DNA of 64,000 nucleotides from a virus, in IMG/VR virus record IMGVR_UViG_3300020202_000068, positions 13,277 to 77,276 of that record; one strand, 5' to 3'. Below the pieces are notes generated by a model, which did no database searches, was not told the origin of the DNA, and was given only the letters and a program-made list of their open reading frames with translations. How positions within the stretch are numbered: the stretch's first letter is position 1; each line of letters starts with the position of its first letter. This document shows, piece by piece, positions 46,394 through 55,226 of the stretch. The position numbers and the translations under genes were made by a program.

Positions 46394-46916
46394 TCTCCTC
46401 CTGTCCCAGGATGGCCTTGAGGGCGGCCCCTTTCGCCAGGCTCTCTGGCGTCGAGCCGCTTAGTAGCTCGGTCATGCGGACGATGAGCGTGGCCTTCAAG
46501 GTCTCGTCGTCCATCTGCTTCCAGTCGTCTTCGAGCTTCATGCGATCCACCTTGGCGTGGAATCCAAGGAGCTTGAGGGCGGCCTGTACAGCCTGAGGCT
46601 TGGTCTTCGGGTGATCACCCATATCCTTGATCCAGGTGACCACATCTTCCATGAAGGCCACCGGACCACCCCAGGCGTCGTACCCCTGAGACACCATCTG
46701 TTCTAACGGACGCAGGCCCTTGCCGGCTTCGTTGGCGTCGAACAGCTTGGCGATAACCTGCCCGGCCTTCTTGACTCGGAGGTCCTGGATGCGCATGGCC
46801 TGGTCAACGGGGACGCAGGCCTGGCATCGCTTTTCCCCGACCGGCAGCCCGTCAAATTCAATGACAGGCTTCCACGCCAGGCAGCCGGGGCACTGGAGTT
46901 TCTCAGAATCGCTCAT
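46383..46916 (-). CDS. Zn-finger protein, possible terminase small subunit
   Basis: CPGC..CQAC; AALKLLG..; KQMDDETL tail; upstream of terL. Confidence 0.45.
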   Translation of the reverse strand: MSDSEKLQCPGCLAWKPVIEFDGLPVGEKRCQACVPVDQAMRIQDLRVKKAGQVIAKLFDANEAGKGLRPLEQMVSQGYDAWGGPVAFMEDVVTWIKDMGDHPKTKPQAVQAALKLLGFHAKVDRMKLEDDWKQMDDETLKATLIVRMTELLSGSTPESLAKGAALKAILGQEEIGD

Positions 46917-48609
46917 TGGTTAGCTCAGCTAAACGCTCCAGGTCAACCCGCTCGTCATCGTTATCGGCCGGCTCAGCGATGATCTTCGTCTTCTGCGTGA
47001 CCCGCAGGGCCCAAACATCGTCCGAGTTCTGGAGGATCAGGTCGTTCTCCTTGGCGAACTTCTTCACCAGGCGAGCGGTCTGCGTCCGTTCGAATCCCAG
47101 GCCCGCGATCAATCCACCCGGCTGGACGTTCGGGAGCCATTGCTCCAGCTTGTCGGCCGTCACGCATTGTTCGAAGAACACGCAGTCCAGATGCTGCCGA
47201 TCGGGCGGGAATGGCTGCTTCCGCTGGAGGTTGTCGGCATGGATACGACCTGACTCGATCTCCTTGGAGAAAGTCTGGTTGAACTGTTCGGCCGGGATGG
47301 TGCTGAAGCCGTGGATCGTGAAGTTGTCCAGGGCGTAGATGTGTGAACCTTCCGGCAGGGCCGCGTTGATGGCGGCCGTCGATTGGCCCGTCCCGCCGTG
47401 AATCACCGCTACTTCCAGAGCCCCGCCACGGCGGGCCTGGAGCCAGCTCATCAGGGCCTCGACACCTTCCAGGGAGCGGCCGAAGTCCTTGCCGTCGTAG
47501 ATCGCGACTTTCTTCCCACCGACCGTCGTGTAGGTCAGAGGCTTATCGCCGTGATCCTGGCCATTGCCGTCATAGCTGGCAACGGGCGTCTCGATCACGT
47601 CCGTGGCGTCTTCGTCGATGTCCGTATCGTCGTCAGCCTCGACCTCGTTAATCTCGGCTTGAATCAGCTCTTTAGCCGCAGCCATCTGCTCTTCCGTGAT
47701 CACTACACAGTCGTCATCCGGGCCCAGCATCTGGCCGAGCTTCGGCAGGTCCTTCGTGCAATCGAGCTGGACCTTACCTTCCCGCACGGAGACGGGGTCG
47801 GCGAGGGCGTCCCGCATGTTCTTCGCCACCGACTCAACAGGTGTTACGCGCGGCCGCCCGACCTTCTTGGGCTTGTAATGCAGAGCCCAGGAGTCGCAGG
47901 CTGCGAAGCATACGTCGATCTCTTTTTTGATCGACCAGTAGAGGCTGAGATTGCGGGTGCAGTAAACGTCCTCGGTGCTGTGTTTCTCGCTGTGGTCTTC
48001 ATTCCACTCGTAATCGAAGTACGGCTTCGGCGGGCCGTCGAAGATGTTGGTTGTGAACAGGCAGCAGCCGGTCGGCAGGGCTGCCACCGGATGAATCCCG
48101 CGTAGGCGAGCCGCCTCATTGCGGGTCAACAGCTCCAGCTTCCGCTGCGGGTATTCCTCATCGCTCTCGTTATCCATCCACTCAAAGAGGTACGGGACCT
48201 CCCCGCCGCTCTCGTGGACCGGGTGCGGGGGAGGGCCGCAGTAGGGGGCACCGATGACCGTTGGTAGTCCCTGAATCAGGCGGTCGTAGGCGAAGTCGAA
48301 AGAGACCGACCAGAAGGGCTTTGCCTGAGGGTCGTAATCCAGATACCCATCAGGTTCATTGTCACTGTCGAGCATCAGGATCGTGTCGAAGCCTTCGTCT
48401 CGGGCAATCCGCACGGCCCGGTTGCGGGTCATCGTGATGGGTGTGTCCGAGAGGATAATCGGCTTGATCCGGTCGATCCGCTCGTCGCCCTTCATCTGAA
48501 GCATGGCCCGGGCAGCCCAGAGCATCATCTCCGGGATCACCGAGCTGACCCCACCATTTCCCCCGTAACAGAAGAAGCAAACCAGGACATCGACTTTGGC
48601 TTTCTGCAT
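46903..48609 (-). CDS. GT-A glycosyltransferase fused to class I SAM-methyltransferase-like domain
   Basis: TRNRAV, LMLDSD (DxD), PTGCCL, TEDVYC; acidic linker; VIHGGTGQST, LDCVFF, WLPNVQPGGLIAG; GGAGGAG SD. Confidence 0.8.
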   Translation of the reverse strand: MQKAKVDVLVCFFCYGGNGGVSSVIPEMMLWAARAMLQMKGDERIDRIKPIILSDTPITMTRNRAVRIARDEGFDTILMLDSDNEPDGYLDYDPQAKPFWSVSFDFAYDRLIQGLPTVIGAPYCGPPPHPVHESGGEVPYLFEWMDNESDEEYPQRKLELLTRNEAARLRGIHPVAALPTGCCLFTTNIFDGPPKPYFDYEWNEDHSEKHSTEDVYCTRNLSLYWSIKKEIDVCFAACDSWALHYKPKKVGRPRVTPVESVAKNMRDALADPVSVREGKVQLDCTKDLPKLGQMLGPDDDCVVITEEQMAAAKELIQAEINEVEADDDTDIDEDATDVIETPVASYDGNGQDHGDKPLTYTTVGGKKVAIYDGKDFGRSLEGVEALMSWLQARRGGALEVAVIHGGTGQSTAAINAALPEGSHIYALDNFTIHGFSTIPAEQFNQTFSKEIESGRIHADNLQRKQPFPPDRQHLDCVFFEQCVTADKLEQWLPNVQPGGLIAGLGFERTQTARLVKKFAKENDLILQNSDDVWALRVTQKTKIIAEPADNDDERVDLERLAELTNERF

Positions 48610-48625
48610 TTCCAACTCCTCCAAT

Positions 48626-48669
48626 AAAAAACCGACCGCTGAGACCGTGCAGGCGATCTCAGGGTCGGC
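48626..48669 (-). terminator. intrinsic terminator after capsid/cement genes
   Basis: GCCGACC-CTGAGATCG/CGGTCTCAG-C-GGTCGGT followed by TTTTT. Confidence 0.7.
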
Positions 48670-48765
48670 TAAACCCCAGTGGATTTTCATCCACAACAAA
48701 GCTCCCCTCAGGGAAAAAGGAGCCTTGTTCTATGTCCCATACCTGCATATGGGGATTTCGATCGC

Positions 48766-49404
48766 TTAGAACAACTGAACGTCGATCAAAATGTCGGCGT
48801 TCGTGTTGCCAGTCGTTTTGGCGGACATCGCTCGGGCGAATTTGTAGAGCTGGTTGCTGTTGGCGAACGTGATGTTCGTCGTGACGCCAGCTTCCGAGAT
48901 CGCGGGAACCACACGGCCGGAGGTCGTCGAGTGCGTCGAGGCGGCACCCGTCGAGTTCACCAACCAGTCGTCCACCGCAATGACGTTCGTGCCGTCAGCC
49001 GCGAGGCCGGTGAGGGCGAGCGTCGGACCTCGGACGGTCAGCCAGAAGTAGTCGTTGTTCGGGCAGCCCGTGGAGGGGAGCCATTCATCGACGATTCCGG
49101 CGATCGCCCGGTCGGGGCAGAACTCGGCGTAGCCATCCACCTGCTTGCCGCGCTGACCCGATTTCCAGGTCACCGCCATCTTCGGCAGGAGGGCCACACC
49201 ACTCGAATTCCGTACGAGGATGCAGACCACTTCGCCACCCGAACGCGGAGCCTTTGGCCCGGTGCCCGAGTAATCGAGGTCTTTGAAGGTCTTGATGATT
49301 CCCTCAATGGCCTTGCTGGTCGTGCCGGTTGAGTCGGCAGTCCGGTTGGGGCCAGTGAGGTAGGTCTTCCCGCGCTGGGGAAGGGCAACAACATTGTCAG
49401 GCAT
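48766..49404 (-). CDS. capsid cement/decoration protein
   Basis: Follows the major capsid gene; AGIVDEWL, YFWLTVRGP. Confidence 0.65.
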   Translation of the reverse strand: MPDNVVALPQRGKTYLTGPNRTADSTGTTSKAIEGIIKTFKDLDYSGTGPKAPRSGGEVVCILVRNSSGVALLPKMAVTWKSGQRGKQVDGYAEFCPDRAIAGIVDEWLPSTGCPNNDYFWLTVRGPTLALTGLAADGTNVIAVDDWLVNSTGAASTHSTTSGRVVPAISEAGVTTNITFANSNQLYKFARAMSAKTTGNTNADILIDVQLF

Positions 49405-49478
49405 TGTGAGAAATCCTTTTCTCGCTAGTCAGTTTTTGCCTTTTGGCGAATACCCTGAATCCTGAGGGGTTAAATGGC

Positions 49479-50591
49479 TTAGGCGAAGTTCTTGAGCTTG
49501 GCGAAGAACTTCGGGCTCTCGAAGCTGGCCTGGCCGTAGAAGCCGCAGGCCCAGAGGGCCGCATAGCCACTACGCGGGTCTTCGGTCGGACCACGCATCC
49601 AGAACAGCTCGGGCATCAGGCTCGCGATCTCCATCTTGGAGGTGTTGAGCATGTAGCCGGTGTTGGCCGGGCAGTCGTAGTCCGAGCTGATCGCACAACC
49701 ATCCTGGTTCAGGGTGAAGCCCTGGAAGCCGAGGTCGTTGGCGGTCTTGTGCGGGATGCTGATCCGGCGGATCGCTTCGTCGTGGTTCTTGTACGACTGG
49801 AAGAGATTGGGAGCCAGGACGCAGAGTTCCGGGCCACCCTCGTCGCCGTTGGTGTGGGTCAGCCAGGTGATCGTCTGGCTGATGACGCGCCAGCAGTTGT
49901 CTTCGAACGTGGTGCTGCCGGTGCCCCAGCCCGTGCTCGACCAATTGACCAGCTTCGGCGCGAAGTAGTCGTACTCGCTGTCGCCCGAGCCGTCCGGCCA
50001 GTCCTTGGCCAGCGTGGCATTGGGATACGTTGAGAGAGCCGAACTCCAGGTCCCGCCCTGATCGGCGAGGTTGGTATTCAGGCCGGCGTAGCTGTCATTG
50101 GGTGTGGAGATGCGGTTGCCGGCGGCGCTATTGGCCTCGGTCATGAACGTCTCCAGGCCGTAGATCGCGTTCTCGCGACCCGACCCACCACCTGCGCTGT
50201 AGATTTCCGCTGCCAGACCGTTCTGGAGCTTCTTCATCAGGCGACCTTGTTTGGTCTTGAAGAGATTGACGAGAGCGGCTTCCCCGCTGTTCATCGCCTT
50301 CTGCTTCATCGTGATCGAGTCCGAGGCCTGGTAGCCCGACCACGGGAGGACGGCCTGTTGGAAGGCCTGGTGATTCGTAAAGTCGATCATCGAGCCGTCG
50401 CCATGCTGGTGCATGGTGGGCTGCGAGAACTCAACCTGCCAGCGGAACTCATAACCGCTGTTGTTGAACGTGATCCGGCCCTTCCGCTTGAGCATCGCAA
50501 ACAAGAGACGCTTGCGAACGGTCAGGTCCGAGGCCCCCTTCATGTAGGCTGGCTTCGTGGTATTGATTACGCCAATCCATTCGTCAGACAT
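49479..50591 (-). CDS. major capsid protein (HK97 fold)
   Basis: 370 aa after the scaffold; GLETF, LGFQGF..DG..I..DYDCP....Y.LNT. Confidence 0.88.
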   Translation of the reverse strand: MSDEWIGVINTTKPAYMKGASDLTVRKRLLFAMLKRKGRITFNNSGYEFRWQVEFSQPTMHQHGDGSMIDFTNHQAFQQAVLPWSGYQASDSITMKQKAMNSGEAALVNLFKTKQGRLMKKLQNGLAAEIYSAGGGSGRENAIYGLETFMTEANSAAGNRISTPNDSYAGLNTNLADQGGTWSSALSTYPNATLAKDWPDGSGDSEYDYFAPKLVNWSSTGWGTGSTTFEDNCWRVISQTITWLTHTNGDEGGPELCVLAPNLFQSYKNHDEAIRRISIPHKTANDLGFQGFTLNQDGCAISSDYDCPANTGYMLNTSKMEIASLMPELFWMRGPTEDPRSGYAALWACGFYGQASFESPKFFAKLKNFA

Positions 50592-50593
50592 CG

Positions 50594-50611
50594 CTTTTCA
50601 TCCTTGAAAAG
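50594..50611 (-). promoter_or_regulatory. CsrA-type RBS hairpin of the major capsid gene
   Basis: CTTTTCA-AGGA-TGAAAAG, 2 nt before ATG. Confidence 0.75.
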
Positions 50612-50692
50612 GCCGGCGTAGGGCAGGCCGCCCAGGTCAGCGTCGTGCTGGCCCTAGGAAGGGCGTGATGCCTACTACCGAAATCTCGTCGT

Positions 50693-51877
50693 TCAGGCCG
50701 CCCCGCTGTGCTGCCGGTAAGCGTTGCTGAACATATTTTCTAGCTCGCCATCATTGGCGACATTGAATTCCCCGCCGGAGGTGTAGGAGCCTTGACTGGC
50801 TTCCTGACCTGCTTTACGGCGAGCGGCATCAATGAAAGATTCCTGTTTCGTCTTCGGCGGCTCAGGAGCCGGCGTCCCTGCCGGCAGAAACCGTCCTTGG
50901 TCATCCCGTGGCCGCTGATCAGTGTTCGTATTTGTAGCAGAAGGATTCGGATTTGGCGCGGCAGGCTGCGCAGGCTGGGCTGCGGCCTGAGGATTGATGC
51001 CGGCAAACCGCATCGCGTAGTCGGCCAGCTCCTGGACCGTGCCCTGGAAGCCCCGGGCCTTGAGGTCGGCGATCGCGGTCTTGAGCTTGACGCCGTCGGG
51101 GCTCAGGTTTTGGCCGTCGGGCGTGAGTAGCCAGGCCTTGTTCTGGTCGATGAACTTCTGCTCGTAGCTCTGGTTCTCGTATTGTTCGAGCCGCTCCTCG
51201 GTCATCCCGCTGAACTTCGAAGAGAACTTGTGTTCGAAGTAGGGGAGCAGCTTCTCCGCCATGAACTTGACGGGGTTATTCGCGAAGGCCTCGTTCTGCT
51301 GGACTTTGGCCTGTTGGTAGTCGTTGATCTCGCGGAGGTACTGCATCCCGACAGCGTTGAGGTGCGGCTCCTTCGAGGGTACGATCATTCCTTGTTCGTT
51401 GGTCTCGAACGCCCCGTGCTCCAGAGCCCACTTGGCTCCCGGGCTCAACTGCGGGACGGTCCAAGCTTGGGAGAAGAACTCATCTTCATTGAACTCGACA
51501 TCTGGGGCGTCATCGTTCTGTGGCTGAGCGGCTTCTGCTTCGGCACGGTTTGGGGGATGTGCCAGCGCTGATCGCCCATAGTCAGCGTATGGCCGGAGGT
51601 TGGCGTATTGATCGGCCAGGTACTCGGCGAAGCGTTCAGCCGAGTCGATCCCATCCAGCGGCAGGCCCAGCTGCTGGGCTCTCGCCAGGAGTCCCGGAGG
51701 CAAGGACGCAGGCGGTGGCGTTACATCACCCCCTGATTGAAGCCCCTCCGAGCCCTGATCCACAGCACCTTGAGCCTGCTGCTGGGATGGTAGCGAAGCC
51801 TCATCGTCGGGTGGCGTCCCGGGCGTGAGGAGTGTGTCTTCGAGATTGAGATCGAGTCCGTTCGATTCTGCCGGCAT
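50693..51877 (-). CDS. capsid scaffolding protein
   Basis: Acidic, Q/P-rich, RPRDDQGRF motif; ATG 51877 preceded by TTCGC-AGGGAA-GCGAA. Confidence 0.8.
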   Translation of the reverse strand: MPAESNGLDLNLEDTLLTPGTPPDDEASLPSQQQAQGAVDQGSEGLQSGGDVTPPPASLPPGLLARAQQLGLPLDGIDSAERFAEYLADQYANLRPYADYGRSALAHPPNRAEAEAAQPQNDDAPDVEFNEDEFFSQAWTVPQLSPGAKWALEHGAFETNEQGMIVPSKEPHLNAVGMQYLREINDYQQAKVQQNEAFANNPVKFMAEKLLPYFEHKFSSKFSGMTEERLEQYENQSYEQKFIDQNKAWLLTPDGQNLSPDGVKLKTAIADLKARGFQGTVQELADYAMRFAGINPQAAAQPAQPAAPNPNPSATNTNTDQRPRDDQGRFLPAGTPAPEPPKTKQESFIDAARRKAGQEASQGSYTSGGEFNVANDGELENMFSNAYRQHSGAA

Positions 51878-52037
51878 AGATTCGCTTCCCTGCGAAATAG
51901 TGAGACTTGCCATCGTGGCAAGGTGGGGTATTACTTGTGGTAATAACGCAAGTTGTTATTTTTGTCACGCGGCTCTTGCCAGAAACCCACGCTTTCCTCC
52001 ACAATAAACCCGTCACGCAACCCATAAGGAGTCTTCC

Positions 52038-52358
52038 ATGAACCGTCGAGAGATGATCCAAGCTGCCGCTGCGGCGGTGGGCTGTGCGGCGCTGCCGACC
52101 ACGACAACAGGGCTGACACCGCACAAGAACGGCCACAACCGATTCATCGTGGCGCACGACTATTTCAATCTCAGTAAGCTGTATGCGATTACCGACATCG
52201 ACTGGAACGGATCGAATATCGGGATTGGGCGCGTAGTAATCGGCTCCGATATAGAGGCTGGCAACCGGCTTGTTGGGCGACCTGCATTGGTCGCGACATG
52301 CGGCGACGGAGTCTATCGCTGCCACGTCTTCGAACACGGTCAATATTACCCATCTTAA
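52038..52358 (+). CDS. Tat-signal protein
   Basis: MNRREMIQAAAAAVG twin-arginine leader; AAGGAG SD. Confidence 0.65.
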   Translation: MNRREMIQAAAAAVGCAALPTTTTGLTPHKNGHNRFIVAHDYFNLSKLYAITDIDWNGSNIGIGRVVIGSDIEAGNRLVGRPALVATCGDGVYRCHVFEHGQYYPS

Positions 52359-52374
52359 CAGCCTGGCGACCATG

Positions 52375-52421
52375 GAATAAGGACTTACGTCAAATGCGAC
52401 ACACCTGTGTCGCTTATTGCC
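52375..52421. repeat. dispersed ~45 bp palindromic element, copy C (inverted)
   Basis: Reverse complement reads GGCAATAAGCGACAC-AGGT-GTGTCGCATTTGACGTAAGTCCTTATTC. Confidence 0.85.
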
Positions 52422-52435
52422 ACTTTGGAGGGGGT

Positions 52436-52951
52436 ATGCCGATTCAATGGATGCTGTTCGATAATCCTGGGCGGCGGACTGCCACGCTCTCCGGGGAGCT
52501 GAATGGTCACACGGTGAGTATCGAGATCGACAACTCGTATCAATCCCACTTCCCGGACTGGTTGCGAGCCGCCAAGCTAGAGATCGAGCGGCAGATGCTT
52601 CCAATACGCCCGATCGGGACTGTCGAGCAGATTCACGAGGACGGGACGGTCCAGGTGCGGATGGGGGGCGAGATCGTGCGGGATGGCGATGAGCTGATCG
52701 GCGTGACCTACACCACGCCCGAGATACGCTACCGGGATATTCCAACACGCTACGGACCGCCGGTTCGGCAGGTCCAGTCTATTCAGGACTATGGCACCTG
52801 GGGGAATTGGATGCGGGACGCTGATGGCAGGTTTGTGCGGCGAGTACAGCCCTGGGAATGCACCTCCCACCAGATCAAGACCAACGAACCGAAGTTCACT
52901 CCCGAGGAGCTGGCCGAGTGGGATGAATATGATCAACGGGAGGATGGCTAA
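52436..52951 (+). CDS. hypothetical protein
   Basis: GGAGG SD; TAATG-coupled to dam. Confidence 0.6.
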   Translation: MPIQWMLFDNPGRRTATLSGELNGHTVSIEIDNSYQSHFPDWLRAAKLEIERQMLPIRPIGTVEQIHEDGTVQVRMGGEIVRDGDELIGVTYTTPEIRYRDIPTRYGPPVRQVQSIQDYGTWGNWMRDADGRFVRRVQPWECTSHQIKTNEPKFTPEELAEWDEYDQREDG

Positions 52952-53763
52952 TGCCGGTTTCGTCATCCATTAAGAGGCACGGCGGCAAGGCTTATCTCGC
53001 CAAGCAGATTCGCCAGCTCTTTCCGCCGCATACCCGCTACTGCGAGCCGTACTTCGCTACCGGGGCGGTGCTGTTCTCCGGGGACGGGGAGGGCGTGGCG
53101 GAGTTCGTTAACGACATCGACAACGAGCTAACCAATTTCTGGTGTCGACTCCGCGACGGAGACGACTTCCTGCGACTGCTCAGGGAGTTGCAATGCACGC
53201 CCTTGTCTCAAGTGGAATTCGAGGTGGCCTCAGCGTGCCGCGATGAGCCCGATGATGTGATGCGGGCCTGGGCGTTTTTCGTCCGCAACCGGCAATCACG
53301 CCAGGGCCTGGAAGAGGACTATTGCACGCCGACTTCCCGACTCCGGCGTGGGATGAACGAGCAGGTCAGCGCCTGGTTATCGGCTGTGGATGGGCTGCCG
53401 GAGTTCCATGCCAGGCTGCGGCGGGTGGAGATTCGCTGCCAGGACGCCCAGGAATTCATCGCCGAGCTTGACTCCCCAGAGGCGTTGTTTTATTGCGACC
53501 CACCATACATCCACGAGACACGCTCCTCAGTGGGAGAATACGGCCCGCATGAAATGGATCAGGTGGCTCACGCCAGCCTGCTCGGGCAACTGGCTGCCAT
53601 CCAAGGGAGATTCTGCTTAAGCGGCTACAGGCACCCTCTGTACGACGGCTGGGCTAAGCAAGAGGGCTGGAGGCGGGTGGATTTCCAGATCGACAATAAA
53701 GCCAGCAGCTCTAAGAGCAAGCAGATCAAGACGGAATGTGTGTGGTTGAATTATGAAGGTTAA
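52951..53763 (+). CDS. dam: DNA adenine methyltransferase (Dam/D12 class)
   Basis: GGKAYLA, YCEPYFATGAV, ND, YCDPPY, SGY, TECVW.NY. Confidence 0.92.
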   Translation: MPVSSSIKRHGGKAYLAKQIRQLFPPHTRYCEPYFATGAVLFSGDGEGVAEFVNDIDNELTNFWCRLRDGDDFLRLLRELQCTPLSQVEFEVASACRDEPDDVMRAWAFFVRNRQSRQGLEEDYCTPTSRLRRGMNEQVSAWLSAVDGLPEFHARLRRVEIRCQDAQEFIAELDSPEALFYCDPPYIHETRSSVGEYGPHEMDQVAHASLLGQLAAIQGRFCLSGYRHPLYDGWAKQEGWRRVDFQIDNKASSSKSKQIKTECVWLNYEG

Positions 53764-54631
53764 ACAGCGGCACTTCGCCGAGGCGGGTTACGTCCCGAAG
53801 TTCTACGGCTACGCCCGCGTCAGCCACAAGAATCAGTCCGACCGTGGGACGAGCATCGCCGACCAGGAGACACGCATCCGGGCGTACTTCGAAATGCTCA
53901 AGGCCCAGGAGGGCCAACCGGCACTGGAGTGGGGCGGGGTGCATATCGAGCCCGTGGCCCAATCGGCGTACTCCAAGACCTTCCCCAACCGCCCCGCCGG
54001 GAAAGAACTGAAGGCGATCCTCCGCCCCAGCGACCAAGTCTGCGTCGAGAAGTTCGACCGTATCTTCCGGGACCTAGAGGACTTCGCGATCCATCGCCGC
54101 TGGTTCAAGGAACGGGGGATCGGGTTCCATATCGTGTCCTTCTTCGGGAACGCCTTCGATGCCAATAGCCAGCTGGCGGATATGATCCTGCCGATCTTCG
54201 CGGGGCTCGGGGAGATGGAGAGCACGATCAAGAGCGAGCGGATGCTCCTGGCCCGCTCCAGCCGTCGGGCGGAAGGCCGCCACGCCGGGACTGCTCCGCC
54301 ATTCTTCTGTCAGGTCGTGGATAACGAGCCCGGCAAAAAGGCGGGTGGGCGGCTGGTTCTCAAGGACTGGGCGGAGGTGGTCTGTGAGAAGATCATCTTC
54401 CTTTACGACCGGGAGGGGTTGTCGTTCATGGCGATCTCCAAGGTCCTCATGAAGGACATGAAGCTCAATATGCGGCTCCATAAGGTCCAGGACCTCTACG
54501 CCTTCTGGAAGCGGTGGAACCGACTAAGTCGCCCCGACATCAACACCTTTAAGATGCGGGAATTTATTGACGAGTTTTGGCGCGAGAACCCGGACGTGAA
54601 GCCGGGATTTGATAATCCATTTGGAGGATGA
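53753..54631 (+). CDS. serine recombinase (resolvase/invertase-size)
   Basis: YGYARVS catalytic Ser, SIADQ, RP, KFDRIFR, E...KSER; 292 aa. Confidence 0.9.
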   Translation: MKVKQRHFAEAGYVPKFYGYARVSHKNQSDRGTSIADQETRIRAYFEMLKAQEGQPALEWGGVHIEPVAQSAYSKTFPNRPAGKELKAILRPSDQVCVEKFDRIFRDLEDFAIHRRWFKERGIGFHIVSFFGNAFDANSQLADMILPIFAGLGEMESTIKSERMLLARSSRRAEGRHAGTAPPFFCQVVDNEPGKKAGGRLVLKDWAEVVCEKIIFLYDREGLSFMAISKVLMKDMKLNMRLHKVQDLYAFWKRWNRLSRPDINTFKMREFIDEFWRENPDVKPGFDNPFGG

Positions 54632-54954
54632 GCATGGATAGGCCGATCTGTAAGACGTGCGCGTACTGGGATGAATATGACAGCCTGAATGACGAGGGTT
54701 TCTGCCGCAGGTATTCGCCGAGGCTGTCGAATATCGACACCAATCTACCCGGCATCGCCGATGGACATCCAGGAACGGGGTCGTGGTTTACCACGATGGG
54801 CCACGACTGGTGTGGGGAGCATCAGGATTTCGTAAAGTGGATGCTGGATCAATGGAAGCCACATCAGCCAGAGCAAGGAAGCTCGCCATGTCCTGCACCA
54901 CCATCCGCTTCGTCGGCGGCCCCTGGCACAACCGGATCGAGTGCATCGAGTTAG
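54628..54954 (+). CDS. Cys-rich protein (CKTCAYW..C.R..P...WCGEH)
   Basis: Common phage Zn-binding motif. Confidence 0.65.
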   Translation: MSMDRPICKTCAYWDEYDSLNDEGFCRRYSPRLSNIDTNLPGIADGHPGTGSWFTTMGHDWCGEHQDFVKWMLDQWKPHQPEQGSSPCPAPPSASSAAPGTTGSSASS

Positions 54955-55226
54955 CCCCGCAGGTGGTGGTCCGGGCCGTCCAGCCGAAGACGACCCTCTC
55001 GTACGCTGGGTGCTTCGCGAAGGCCGACATCCGTCTGGACCATTACTACCTGGCGAAGTACCACACCAACTGGGGAACGGACTATCTTCAGTACGTCCAC
55101 AGCTCCCTGGTGAATGGGGATCGGGCGGCTCCCGTGACCCATCACGAACGATTCAAGGTCTGGCGGATTGACCGCCGGCAGTTAGAAGCACGCCTGAGGA
55201 GGGCGATGGGCCATGGAAGAAGTTGA
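54888..55226 (+). CDS. hypothetical protein (FVGGPWH motif)
   Basis: AAGGAAG SD; common phage motif. Confidence 0.6.
   Translation: MSCTTIRFVGGPWHNRIECIELAPQVVVRAVQPKTTLSYAGCFAKADIRLDHYYLAKYHTNWGTDYLQYVHSSLVNGDRAAPVTHHERFKVWRIDRRQLEARLRRAMGHGRS

Noticed and set aside
48610-48699. Track start of the glycosyltransferase at 48699
   Set aside because: It runs through a terminator hairpin, and a strong GGAGGAG SD precedes ATG 48609.
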